Below, in pieces: positions 1 through 13,898 of a DNA stretch of 64,000 bases. The notes under the pieces were generated by a model. It saw only the letters and a list, made by a program, of their open reading frames with translations. It did not search any database and had not been told where the DNA came from. This DNA is from Yuukianura sp. NJ FZ-2021 (taxonomy: Eukaryota): contig CM102290.1 in the NCBI GenBank assembly GCA_046563655.1, positions 4,340,001-4,404,000 of the forward strand. The letters run 5' to 3'. Every line of letters begins with the position of its first letter. Within the stretch, counting starts at the first letter, position 1. A program made the position numbers and the translations under genes.

Positions 1-3000
1 CTAGGTTTCACACCCCCTTCGAGTGTTTAGCTGAAATTAATACTTTTAGTCGTCTCAAATGGACGTGAAAAGAGGTGGGTTGTGACATTTGAGCACCAAT
101 GGGGAAATGACATAAGTTTTGTTGATGGAGTTAGATGGATGAAAGGAATTGTCAATTTGATTATACGTTTTCAGGTTTGTGCCACCGTCAGGAAAACCAT
201 GATTGAGTTGCAGAAACTTTTACTTCAATTTCCGATTTCCCGTCATTCTCCCTTTCCTCTTTTCCACAGTTCTGTAGTTGATGTTTACTTTTAAAGTGAA
301 AGTTGTGTTTTGATGAATGAATTAGTTTCAGTTGGATTCTGGAAGTGATTTGGTTAGATTAGGGTTAGAGTGAAAGATAACTTTCTCCGAGGATTAACTC
401 TGCTCTCTGTGTCAAGTAGTACAGAATTCAAGTTCTGGTTGGTTTAACATGATGACATGTCGCCTTTCATGGCATTATTAGTAGAATTTAGGTTGTGTTT
501 ATGTTATCCTTTGGCTTTCTGGAATTGTGGTTGTTGAGACTTGTTCAATTGAATTGAGTAGTATATGGATTCATGGGTGGAGCATGAATAGAAGAAGTTG
601 GGAGATGAAATTTTAGTAGGGTACTAAAAACTAAAGGAATTTGTGAGGAATGAAGACTGTAGCACACTCATCCTACTGCGCATTTGGAAAGCTGTCAAGT
701 AAACTTTTTAAGATTTTGAATAAAGATTTTGTGAGTGAGGTGGAAGAAGTGTTTGAGAGAATTATGAAGTTTGTGGGTTTAGCATAAGTTGTGAAGTTGG
801 AGTGACGGAGGCTATTTAGTAGGAGAGATGAAAGGAATAAAAGTTAATATTGAGTTAGTCTTCCCTTGACATCATCATCTTCTAAACCCTTTACTTTCAC
901 TTGCTCAACTTCCCCTAGAAACTAAAGTTATAAGAGAAACTACGAGAGGAGGTTGAGGTTTTGGAGACTAGAGACTAGTGTTCGTAGTGGCAATGGTTAT
1001 AAATTTTAATATCCTTGGGAGAATCTAGAGCGGGAGTAAAGGAAACCCGTGGAGTGAGGGAGATTATCATGGATTTCGATAGCTATTTTCCTCCCATTAG
1101 TATCTTACGTTTTACTAAAGTTCTAGAGTCTTTGGATGGTTTCCGCTGGCTCAAATTGCCTTTTATTCTCGCCTCTCTCCATTGTCTTTTGCCCAAAGTT
1201 GGAGGAAGGGAAGGATGTTATGTGTGGGGAAAGGAGGAAATCATGAGTGATAATAAAAATCCGAACAGAGCAATAGAGAAAGTAGTTGTAGTTGTGAGGG
1301 GAGAGAGGAAGTTAACTGGAAAGTTATTTTCTGAATTACCACTATGGCCGAGGGCTTTCACCTTCTGATTCACTGCTCCATTTTCCTTTGTGAATTCCCA
1401 TTCCCTTCAAAAGTACTCTGGAAAAAGTTCATAGTGTACAGAGACTTTTGGAGTTTAGACGAAACCGTAGTTTTCAGACTAATATTCACAATGTTCAAGC
1501 AAGTTCAGCGCTGGAAGGACAAGTGCTAGTCGAAAAGTTTTTTTTGGCGCTAACAGCTAGTTTTTCCGTTTTTTGCTTTTTTGTGCTGTTTGCAGTTCAA
1601 GTTTTGCAGACAATAAAAATCAAAGTTAACACTATAACTGTAGAATGGGGATTGCTGTTTCGAAAAACTTTCTCTTTTGTTTGTGAAATTTCACTTTTGA
1701 CTTTAAGTCTTAACTGAAATCGCTCGGTAAACGAGGCTGGATACTTATTTCTGTTGTAGTGGAGCACTAAAAGAGAAAGTGAATCTCCTTGCTCCTTGTG
1801 GGATGTTTTGAAATGATGCAACGAGGGAGAGGAAAAGAAAGAAAAATTATCGCTTACTTCTTTGTTTTAGTTTTATCGTCACTTTATGAGGCGATTCCCA
1901 TTCGGAGACGTGATTCTGTTGGAATTACCTTTTGCCTAAAGTAGTAGTTGAGGACTTTGTGCTTTTGCCGTTGTTGGATGGGGGGTTTCCTGTAGCTCTT
2001 TTGTGCCCTAAGACTTCTTCTTGCGTTCGATTGATAGAGCCATCTTGTAGGGTGTGATGGGGGGACTTGATGACAATCATTATCCAAGTCTTATAGTAGT
2101 CGTGAAGGCGCCTTTGGTCGAATAGGGAAAGCACTTGGAGCCCATTTCCCTCTGCTTTCGCTGGGTGTCATTGTAACGTTGCTGGTTGTGGGGGGAGTCT
2201 CAGTGGACCGATGTGGAAGGGAACAATTGGTCGTAACACATGATAACTGAGCGAGAAGTCTCATTTGAGAATGTTAAAAGAGTATTAAAACCATTTTACT
2301 GGCCGTCCAACTAACTTCCCCATCATCATCAACTTTCTAAACTTCTCCCCCCGCTAACTGGCCAGGAGACCTCTAAAACCAAAGGGTTATGGCTCCACTT
2401 TCTCCTGCGTTTATATTAATCAGGTTTCGTCATACGCCTAATTCCAACTTTCACTTTTTCGAAAACTCGGATTTTCCAGAAAAAGAAATTCTAAACGTCG
2501 ATCACTCATGTAGAATTAGTCTAGTGAAAGCAGGTTGACATTAGATTTAAACTGGATTGGATGGGATGCTTAAAGCGATGTTGCATTGCTCTAATAGGGA
2601 ATGGTCTACAGGCGTTGAACAACAATTACGTTTTGAAATAAAGAATGGCGGGAATTCAGGAAATGAGCTGTAAGTGCTTAATGGAATTGTGCTTTGTTTT
2701 GGATTGAAAGTAGTAAAAAGAAGGTGTGAACCCCCCACTGTTTTAGTATGATTGGGTCCCAATGGAAAGTGACTGGGACAAATATTATTGTAGTTGGTGT
2801 CGTGGTGAGGTGAGTGTAATTAATTACTCAATCACTTCCAACACCAAATCCCTAGGCGACTAATTCAGGACGATGGGGTTAGTACCTAAGTTTTTATTGA
2901 TGATGTTCTTTCCACCGTCATTGCTCCCAGGGTTGCTCAACAGAGGAAATTAAATGCTTTTTTGACTTGGGAAATTAAAGGTTCTGTTTGCTGGGGAATT

Positions 3001-6000
3001 TGCGGCTGTTAAAGTAAGGTGAAAGTTTATTGCATTTTTGGTTTGTTTTTAAATCGATGTTGAATAGTGGTTGAGGTAAGAATTTAGCAGAATCTGCCAG
3101 TTTCAGCTCAAATGGAATCAAAATCGAGGGAATTTGAACGGGTAGAGTGGAAATCTATTTTTGCAGTTTTTGATCTCCCATGCTAAAAGGTTGTTGGTTG
3201 TGTATGAAACGGAAGTGATGAGCTGATGCTGGTTCTTGAGTTGTTCTTTCTTGGAGAGATTCTCAAAGTCCCGGAGCCCCAAAGTGCGGCTGCAAAACTC
3301 CCCTTATGTCTCTGTGTAATGCTGCAAAAAGCGGCGTGACTATGCCAAGTTCGTTGTGCCGGATCGCATGCGCCCTTTGCGCCAGTAGAAACTGGCTAGA
3401 ATGGACTAGGCAACTCTCGTATTTCCTACTATGAGGCTTATCCCAGCGGCCTCCCTAAAATTTCTGCTGTTCTATCTAGCATACCAGTTGGGTCTTTTCT
3501 TCAAGTAGCACCACTCACTACTCCTAAACGTATTTACAATTTTTTTTCCTCCCTGTCTTCTTCTTATTACACATCCAACGAGCCATCAGCTACGACGGAC
3601 ACTTATTTCACTCTCAACGCCACCAAATTTCTCAGCGGAGTTGTGTTGACTTTGGCTATTCTTATACTTTCCTTGCCTAATTTTCGCTTTTCTGAAAACG
3701 GAACCACGGAAACCGCGATGGAGTCTGCTTAGGAAAGGCTTTTGAAGAAACTTAAGGAAGTACGGTGGTGTGAAAGTTGTGGCTGGTAAAGGAAAGACGC
3801 CACCACTTTTAGTTGCAGAGTGTACAGAAGAAAGTGTTGGTGGATTTTAACTTTGTTTGAGGAGAAAGCGTTCGTTTAATTTTGTAGTCTGGAAAGATAA
3901 AATCAGAGAATAATCGGGGTAATAAGATCCTCCATTGTGGAAGTAATTATCTGGAGACTTTCTCCCGAGCACTTTCTCTCTCGCCTCATCTTCATTTAAA
4001 TACAAAGTATTTTTGTCCTAAGAAGTTGTGAAGGGGCTGAGAGACCAAGTTCTACAGAGGTTTTGTTTGAATTTGTACAAACGACGACCTCCTTGAGTCC
4101 AAGTCTTAGCGCAGAGTCGTCGTGATAGTGTTCGTGACTTGTGTCTTCCGTGTCATTGTGTCTTCGAGACAAGGAAAGACGTCACACTTCTCTCGAGAGG
4201 ACTGATTTCCGTTGACTTCTGCCAAAAGTTTGAGTGGGACACTTGTCGTCTGGTTGGTTACGGATGAGTTGTGCTCTTTATTGGCGAAAGCAGTAAGTGG
4301 TGGCAGTGGAAAATGCTTTTCTGATTGTTTACAACTTGATGTAGCTTTTTATATAAACTAAAGTTTATTAGGTTGTTAAGGTTAAAAGTGAAAGTTGAAT
4401 TCAAGTGAAAGTTTTCACAACGATTCTAAGCCCACTGGATCTGTCAATTGGATCAAAGGTAAGGATTGAGGGATGATTATTTCATAGGTTATTAAGTAGC
4501 AAGACCTACTTTATGCATGAAACTTGTCTGTCTGTCTGTCTGGCCGTTCGTCACATCGAGTTATCATGGGGGTTTTCCGTTTTTATTTTGAACAATTCAA
4601 TGATAAAGTTTTAATTTGAAAACAGTATTTGCTCCTTTAAACCGAAGCAACACAACATTTTCGGGATCGGCTTGGCTACTTCGTTACAACCAGTTTATTT
4701 CGAGGAGAAACGTTAATTTTTGGTTAAGTGTTTGGTGTGATAGTATTCTTCAATTTTTCAATTGTTATATTTCCAGTGTTCTGTTGTTTGTGAAGGTTTT
4801 TGCGGAGGGTTCTGCTGGGTTTATGACAGAGTGAGGAGGTGATAATTAATAATTTGAGTCCATTGGGAATGACAAGATGACTTTGAGAAGCTGCTGGTTT
4901 CTTGGCAGAGCTTAAGTTTTGGTAAAGTAGGTCTAAAGTGTAGAGAGGGAAGGAGATGATGATGGAGAATTAGTAATAGACATGACGTTACAAATGACTT
5001 GACTCGTGGTGGTAGTGTTGTTCGTGGGTGTTTGGATATCATTTGGTTTAGAGGAAGTTTGTGCTGGTTCGGAGGAAGATTCTTTGGGGAGTTCACTTAT
5101 GCTTTCCTTGGAAGCCGTTAAGTAATAATAAGTTGAGGGAATGGGTTTTTATTGGAAGCAGATGCTGCTCCACTGTAACTCCCATTTAAACCAGTCCAGT
5201 ATATTTTTGGAATGCACGGAAAGTGTTGCTCTTGCAAAGCTCATGTTCGACTCGAGCAGCTCAAAAAGTTTAATTTTCCCGTGTCCTTTTCTGGCATCTT
5301 CTCTTGTCTGATTTACACTTTTCTGCCGAATTCCAAACAAGCCATAACTTCTTAGAATCCAAAACAATGACAAGGTATTGAGAAAGAAATAAAAGAGGTT
5401 CCGTCGTAAAATTCCTACCCTGGGTCTTATTTACTGTATTCAACTTCTGGAAATTCTTTCATGTGGTTTGAAAACCCGGGATTTTTCAAATACATTACGG
5501 AAATTGAAAGAGTGTGAGCAGAGAGAGAGAGAGGGCAACACAAGTTTTCTCTTGAAGCAGTTGTATGGCGTATTTTGAAAGCCGTCAAATTTGACGTCAT
5601 TGTCAGGAAAATATGCCAATCAAAGCAACTGTATTTTTCTCTTCTACTGTTTCTATTTTTACTATACGAGCGAAATTTTTTGGAAAACTAGTTATGGCGT
5701 CCGACGTTTTGTTTTAAATAGCGTATACTTAACAAATTCTTAGTTTTTTGACAAAATAATTACTGTTTTAAACCTCGTGGTCACGATTTTGGAGGAAAAG
5801 TTTTTTTAAATTAGAATATGTATTTATTTTATTTGTAAAAATACCAGCATGCTTTGTATGCTTGCTTGGGCTTAGCCCGAGACATGTCCAATCGCCCTAT
5901 TTAAGCACAGTTTTTTTGTGCATTGTAATTTTTTATTGGTGAAATTGAATTTGTTGGTGATTTTCTTATTTACATATTTTTGTTGAAATTCAGAAATGAA

Positions 6001-9000
6001 CTTATGACGAAAGTTGGTTTTTGGGATTTTCACGTTTTTTAAACTAAATACTTGGAAAGGTAGTGTCGTGTGTCTGTTTGCTGAAACCAAGGTTCCTTTC
6101 CAACCAATTAGTATTCTTTAACAGGTTGTGTAATACGTTAGCTGCTTACCAAAAAAGTGAGAATAAAAAAACGGAGTACCAAAACTACCTATTTGAAAAA
6201 ATAAAATTTTTGGTACCAGTTTTGTATGTAAAATATGTAAAAATCATTTTTAATGCAATGTAACTGTACTTTTTTGTAAAATAAATATATAAAAAAAACA
6301 CGAGTTATTACGCAACCTGTTAAAGAAAATTAAGTCAACAAACCTTGTACTGAAACCGTGTTGAGTTAATGTAGTGTGTATGGATTAGGTTTGAAGGTTA
6401 GGGTTAGGTGTGAAGATGGACTTTGATGACTCAAAGTTTCTGTTTGATTGGATTAAGTTGGTGAGGGGAGAGGGTCAGTTGGGCATGGGCTGCGTGTGTG
6501 GATGTCCAAAAGTGAAAGTGATGGGAGATCCCTGTGCCGGAAGCTTGGAATCTCCTGGGATGATCCTCATTGATGCTGGAGTCGTTGGATCTCCAACCCA
6601 AACCAAGTAGTTTGTCAATTTGTCTCTCGTCCTTCTGCCTTGACTAATGGATCTCCTTGTTCAATCAAATTTACCCGCCACTAACTAAATTCTCTCGCCA
6701 ACTATTCACTCTCTCTCTGGCTCTTGGTCTTGTTCTGTCTGATTGACGGCTCTTGAATGGAGGGGGCCAAGGGGCATCTGTGGACCAAGGCCCTTAGACC
6801 CGTTTTCCAAAGGGCCCTTGCTGGCCCTCAAATTGGATTCATTCGTCACAGCCTGTAGTTTTGAATGGAGAGAGCAAGAGCTCTTTAGAAGTGCTATTGG
6901 TGATTCCTTTCTTTTTTGTGTCTAAAACGTCTGCTCAAGGCTCTCTGGGTAGTCTCGGAATAAACAACGGTGGCTAGGTTTAAGGGTACGGGGCTAGAGG
7001 GCTTGTGGCTTTGCGTGTTGAAAGTTCTGTGATTTGTTTTGAAAGCATCACTTTACTTTTCAAAAATATGACATTCGAGAACTCTGTTTTGAAAATTGTG
7101 GGTTTGTAAGTTTTCATCATCAAGAATTGTTGATTCAAATATACCAGGGTGAGCATGAATTTTTAAGCATTCGGTAGCCTGGAGTTGCTGACGGGCTACT
7201 GATGCTGGAAGTCAAATCACAATTTTAGTTTACTAATCCAAATTAAAGCTGGTGTGTAATTTTGCACCTATGAAGTTGTGAGAAATACGAATTTAAAAAA
7301 TGCTACATTCGCTAGGTACTGTTTTGTAGATAATTATGGGGTGGCGGTAATATTTTATCTTGCATTTAGTTTTTCCCGTTGTTGGGAAATATTCTGAAGG
7401 TCCACTACACGTAATGATGATAATAAGTTGATGCTATCAGGAGACAATAGGTGTTAAGTATGGAGGGAATTTCGTAGTATTTCGAAGTGAGAAAAAACTG
7501 TTTCGGGGAAAAATGAGGATCGTGTTAATTGAATATAATGATTCCTATTTTCCTACTATTGACTTCTAGAATGGTCGTGTTTTAGGTGTTGAAGAACCTA
7601 AGATTTGATTTCCAGACAAAGGGATATGCTTTACTGAATTTTTTTCGGTCGTAGTGCAACCACTTATTATTCGTAGATGTTTGCAGAATTAAGGGAGGAT
7701 GTTGGATATTAAATGTTAAGCAGTTGGTTGTTGAGTGTGGCGGGAAATGTGATATTTCATGGAGTCCTTGGTAGGTTCTTTCCTTGTACTAAGGCAGAAG
7801 TGAATAAAAGGAGAAGCGGAATGCCTGATGGGGCGGGGGATAATGGTTCATTCGTTCCATCTAATAAAGCGGAGTGAAGGGGAAGCCTGAATAGGCCGGA
7901 TATATTTCACACGTTTGAAATGATTATTACTTTTGTGCCCTTTGGGTTTCCGTGGTTGGTAAAACCAGGGACAATGAATACAAATCTCCTTTCTCCTGGC
8001 CCAAGGGCTCCCCTCATGGTCTTTTCCACTGATTTTTATGACGAAGCAGCAGCTCCTAAACCGTTGCCACCCGTAGGTTACGATCACTTCCACAAGTCGG
8101 GTATTGTTGGGCAAGGGATTAGGGTGGGTCGTTCAAGGGCTGGCTTAACATTAGGCAATACGCGTTGTGTGGGGATGAAGGGCTTCCACAATGTCTAATC
8201 TCCCAACAACACTCGATGACTTTCGTTTTTAAATCAATCCAATCTTGAACGAAATGGAAACTGAAGTCTCAATTGGAAATGTTAAGCAATAATCGAGGAA
8301 CGAATCGTTGAAATTTAGAAATTGGGAATTTGCTTCGAAATGGTGGCGGTGATGCTTGGATTTGTGCATTGGGGAACAGTGTCTGTTGCTGGCGAAGAAA
8401 AATCATGAAGTGAAAGTTTGTAATGCCTGCGGTTTTTGTGAGATTCTTGTTATGTTTCTCCGTTGGTTTTATGCTGATTTGAAAGTAGGTGTTTAATATT
8501 TATAGAAAATTAAGACGTGTCCATTAGTACTTGTAATACTCTCAGTAGTACTGGGAGGGTGATTAGAGTTGATGACACGGAACTCGTGAGCGGGAGATTA
8601 TAAGTGAATTTATTGGGCTTTCATTTGGATGAATGAGGGGGTGCGTTGTGTTTTCGTGGTTGTAGATGTACAGGAAAGTGAAAGTCTAGACTGCACCGAG
8701 GGAAATGAAAATTGTTATTAATAAACTGCAGGGGAGGATACTTGGATCTCACTCTGCGACTGAATTGTTACAAATATGGTCGTAACTTGAGAACAATTAG
8801 GTTTAAGTAGCAGCAATTACGTGGATTCTGAACAAGAATTGTGACACGAGAGTTTAGACATGCAGGAAAAGTCAGTCAAAAACGAGAAGTAGCTGGGATT
8901 TATTGAGACAGAAATTATAATAATTTTCGTAGATTATAGATTCGTATTTCTTTTTCTGAGAAAGTCTTCATCCCATAATGGCACTTTAGCCCTCCTGCGT

Positions 9001-12000
9001 CCGTCCGTGAGTAGAGAGACATAAATCGATCTAAATGCTTATCGTTGTCTGCCGATGTGTTCTGATTCCTGATGAACTTTCTCCCCCACTTGACTGAGTC
9101 ATGGGAAGGGGGAAAGTAAGGTTAGGTGTTCTATAACGTTATAAGTCTCTGCAGGATCATGGCACATGAGTTATGTAATAGGGAAACCTTGACTTGGCCC
9201 ACTGAATGCAAACAGTCCCACTTATCCACTTCATATTCTGGAGGCCTTTCCCCCCTCTCCTTTCTCCTTGGAGATGAATCCCTTTTGGAAAGTTGAAACT
9301 AAAGCACAGAACTAAAACCAAGAGAGAAAGGGAGACTCTGTCACTTGAGCCGTATTAATTTCATCTCCTTTGATCACATGAGGAATGGCCTCTTTACTCT
9401 CAAGAGACATCTTCAATCCTCTTGTAACAATAGTTTTTGTCAAGACTATTCTTGTACTTGGTTTACAGAAGGATGCGGAAGTAATAGGTTAAGGTGAAGA
9501 GTGTAATCCATTATTGTAAGGCGACTTAAGGCCTCTCAATCATCAAGGTCTTTGAGACGAGTGGATTGGAGGATGGTAAAATGAACCAGAAAATATTTCC
9601 CTCTTTTTAGACTAAATCCCACCAGTTTATTGCGTGACAAAAATAATAAGTAACGGATTTATATCCTTTTGTTCACTCTGTTTTCACTTCATCTTTGTTA
9701 TGTGTCGCCTGTTGGTGGCATAGGAAAAGCGTTCGTGGTGGTAGTGGAACTGGAAAGGAGCACATTACACTGCAAAAGTGCGGCGGAGCAGAAAATAACA
9801 TTGTGAAGGCTATGAGAAATGCGCTGAAGTGGGGATTTTTTTTTGGAGAGTGACGCTGAAGGCAGTCAAGTGGATGCTTTAACCATGGTTGATGCTTTTT
9901 AGAAAGGAAAAGGCTGTGAACATTTATTATTTATTTGAGCACTGGACTTTGAAAATGTGAAAATGAATAATTGTTTTTGAGTTGTCAAGAGGTACAGGAT
10001 TGAATTAGGGTTTTGGAATGAGAAATTAAGTGGCAGAGAAAATGACGGAGGCGTGTGTTTGGACATGTCATAAAAGTTGGCCTTGGAAAATATCCAAGGA
10101 CCACGAGCACTGAACTTTAAAATGGAAAATGACCTTTTGACATTTAATATTCTGGAAAATGGATGATTGAGTTAGGCAAGGATCCTGTGGAGGAGAGGCC
10201 CTAGCGTAGTTGCGTTGTATAAAAGTAGCACTTGAGAACCTACTTAAACTACTAACATGTAATTGCCATTTTCCTAGAATTTGGAACTTTTAAGTTGAAG
10301 AGAGGAGAATATGGTGTGTGTTTTTGGTTGGTTTATTAATAGTTGGTCTGTCATTTGCCACGCTTAGCTCCTAACTCTCAACTTTTGAAATTTCTTTAAT
10401 TATTTCCGCCCTCGAGATAACGTCGGAGAAACAAATGAGGGAAAGCGGCTCTTCTTATTTAATTTTTAATTTGAAGTGGCTTATGGTGTCCTATGATTAT
10501 GGAATTATTTTGACCCAACTTTCTCCTAACTGTTCTTCCTTTTACAGAATAATAACAGGGTAGAAGATATTTTCGGCATGAGAGTGGCTTTTGTGCAAAG
10601 TAATTTTCTTGTTTGTCCTTTTCTTCAGCTGAAGTTGAGTTGTTTTTCTGTATATCGAGTTACAAGGAGTGGAGAGTGATGTCAATTTGTTTGCTCTCGT
10701 AATTATCCCTGAAGTCGGTGGTAAAAGGGAAAGCGACAGCTTTCTTCTTCTTTTTTGGCTAAGTCATCGACTAAACTTGGCTTTTATAGTATAGAGTGAA
10801 ACAGCCCTAAGCCTAAGCCCTATTGTGGTTGCTATACCGTGGTAGAACGGCTTAGAATTATTCCCACCCGGGTAATAATAAGCTTAGGATAATTATGAGG
10901 TAGTGTCGAGGGAAGGTGAGTGATAGGCTTTAATTATACACTTCTCCCTAATCATCCAATTTCACACCTTTTACTTAACCTCTATGGAATTTCATAGAGG
11001 TTGGCTCTGACTTGGAAACGCTACACTTTTCATTTCCACTCCAATACCCTTCCGCTGCCAAATTGTTATTTCCAGTTTATTGTCTTGGGGTAAACAGTTG
11101 GAAATTCTAAAAAGTACGCTCCGTAAACACTTTAATGGTTGTCTTATTTTTCACTGGCTCCATAAAAGTCATTTCGTCCTTTTATTCAATTTTATGGTAA
11201 GCCCCTAATCTAAACGGTTTTCATTATTTCCACATTATTGAGTGATCCTGGAATTTTGGATTTTGATATTGACACTTCTGGAGGCAACCCAAGTAGGCAT
11301 GTATTACCAACGCAGTTTTGTACATTTTTAAGCTCAGGCGTCCCGCTGTGTTTTCTGTACACTTTTGACTGAATGGACTACAAAGTGCACAAAAACGCTA
11401 GAACATATACAAAGACGCTACGAAGTAAAAAAAAAACCGGTTGAGGAGCCAAGTCCGCTTGCATTCTCGTTTTCCGTTTCATCGCCGTCGTTGCAAAAAG
11501 TATTTAGTGGAAGCTGGAACTCGTCCGAGAGAGGAAACTGCATTGACGCCTATGTAACTTTTGGTGCTAAAAGTTATTTTAGATGTTGAGAGTGTAGTAG
11601 TAAGGAGGTAAATGAGTGGATTGGATGGAGGTAGAAAGTTGTAATGTAGAAGGCTTGTCGGCACTACAGAAATCAGGCAAGGGTAACTGGAAGGTTTCTG
11701 GGTTTGTGTGACTGGAATTCGGAAGTATTCCGGGTATCGAGGCCTCGTTGCCCGTCCACTTGAGTTTCCATCTCGCGGGCTTTCTTTTGCTCACTCTGTA
11801 GTCTCTTCAGGCCCTTCAGTGTATTCATGACATGTTTAAGCGTCAAGTCACGCTCTTTTGGTTTCATCAAATTCCTTCTTTTCTCCTTCTGCCTCAATGT
11901 GCCTTCTGCCTCTGCCAACGTGACAGACATTTTACGACAGTCACTCCTTAAAATAATACTTGCAAAAAGTGTAAGCATCAACGCTTACTACACTTTTCTG

Positions 12001-13898
12001 GGACTCCGATTCCGTTCTGTCCCGATGCAAATCCAACTCTGCTTTTCTTGTCCTACTAGTTGTCATACTTGTTTCAAACAACCGAGGAGGTTGTAAGCAT
12101 TTCCTTTTCTACTTGGTTCTGCACGGGAGATCTGTTCAGTTTTTGTAAGAATCTGGAGAGTGTTGCCAAATAGGAAGTAAGGAGGGGAAGAGTGACGCAG
12201 ATGAATAGCATGTAACGGGTTAACCCTACCATTAAAAGGCTATTCAGAACCACTCGTACTTAATCTCATTTCAAGCGTTTAAGATTTCCGCCAACTTGTA
12301 TTTATTACACCACGGCAAAATGGCCGTTTGTCCACAGAAGCTGATGGTAGTTAAATTCAAATTAAAATGGGGAAGGCAGAGGATTTGGTATTTTGAAAAG
12401 CATTTCCCACATTTTTTTTTACTTTTTACTATAATATAATATAAAAACTTTTTAGTATTTAATAAAAAGATTCTTAAAACGGATTAGTAAAATTATACAT
12501 TTTGTAGAGCCCGTTAGAAAGCATTTTGAAGTTGCTGTGGTGGACTTTATGGGAATTTTTGTTTTATTGTCTTGAGTAAGCTGTTTGAGAATTTGAGAAT
12601 TCTGTTATATGATTCATATAAAAATTTATATGGAATTGGATCTCCCGGCTTTGTAGCAAAGAAGCAACTTCCTTTATTCAAAGTGTCTGTATTTGTTGAG
12701 ATTTTTAGGATTCTCAGAGCATGGAGCCACATGGAAGTGAATTTTGAAATGAGTTGAGTGCGAAATAGGAATAAAGTTTTTGCTGAATGTTTTTTTCTGG
12801 AAAAAGTGGAAATATTGAAGGATCGAGGCTGGGGATTAATCCATAAGTTCAACACAAACTTTTAAGTTTTGTCTTTTGTGATTTTTTTGATTTCTTGGTG
12901 AGGAAATACGGTTTGCGGAAAATTCCTTCGTCACATAAGAGATACTGTCGTGAATTTAAATAATATTAGGAGACCGATTTCTGAGCCCTTGAGATGTTTT
13001 GATGATGTAGTCAACCCTCCAGCCTTAACTCCTTCAATAAACATCAAACCGAAGTTTTCATGCCTTTCTCTTCTTGTGCTACGGTTTTGTTCCGAAAATG
13101 GGGAAAACGTTGTATGTCTTTATATCTTTTTGCAGTTTGAATTTGGACCTGGTTCCACTTCACCTGCTCCGTGTCTTTGCACGCTGACTCTTACCTTACT
13201 TTCACTTTCCGTATGCTGGGGGAACAAGGAATATCATTTTCTTTACTTTAGGTTAGATTTTGCTTTCTCTCTTTCCCCGGTTCCAGATGCTGGGAAGTCG
13301 GAAGCTGACTTATCAGTATGCTCTATTGATCAGGAACTTTAAATCCATTGGCTTTTCTTTCCTCATCCCAAGATTTCCGAAGCGTATTTTCTCTAAGAGA
13401 AAGTTGATGTTTTTTCACCGATTTCCACCGGAGCCTTAAGGTTTTCCGTTTCTTCCGTTTCGTATTCTACTCATAAAATGATATTCAATAGTAACTTTTC
13501 GGCTTTTACAAAGTCGATGCAAAAAGAGAACTATATAATGTAATTATACTGGCAATTTAGCAGACGAGAAAGTCTTTGGAAAGAACAAAAGGCTTTTGGA
13601 GGGTTGGAAAGTTTTTTTTTTTTTTGGTTTAAATAATGTGATTGGTTTAGGAAAAGAGAAAGTGAGGAACAATCAACTTCTGTTTTTGCAGCGAATTAAT
13701 TTGAACAATTAATTAGAACTGGAGTGATTTTGTGTGAATGGGTTTTGTTGAGGTAATGTGCATCAAAGCACATTGCTAAAATTGCTATTGTTATTTGTAA
13801 TTAAAAGACACTAACTATGGTGAAAAGAATATGTAGAAATGTTTTTGATAATATGAATTCAGGATAATTTTAATGGTTAATTTTTTTTGTCTTTGAAG
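1..13898 (+). other. probable very large intron of tay/AUTS2-like gene
   Basis: No convincing + strand coding exon seen. G/T-rich on the + strand. Ends in a strong acceptor (ttttttttgtctttgaag|) feeding a phase-0 exon with no start codon. Confidence 0.6.
11673..11930 (-). CDS. candidate small nested antisense gene, 85-aa basic/charged helical protein of unknown function
   Basis: aaaATG start at 11930, ORF MSVTLAEAEGTLRQKEKRRNLMKPKERDLTLKHVMNTLKGLKRLQSEQKKAREM..., local reversal of the intron's strand composition, and a possible short upstream intron (gtaagc...ttttaag). No recognised homologue. Confidence 0.4.
   Translation of the reverse strand: MSVTLAEAEGTLRQKEKRRNLMKPKERDLTLKHVMNTLKGLKRLQSEQKKAREMETQVDGQRGLDTRNTSEFQSHKPRNLPVTLA

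Noticed and set aside
12950..13342. 130-aa + strand ORF as a tay exon or separate gene
   Set aside because: Non-ATG start, atypical composition, no recognisable motif; no exon within it could be supported.
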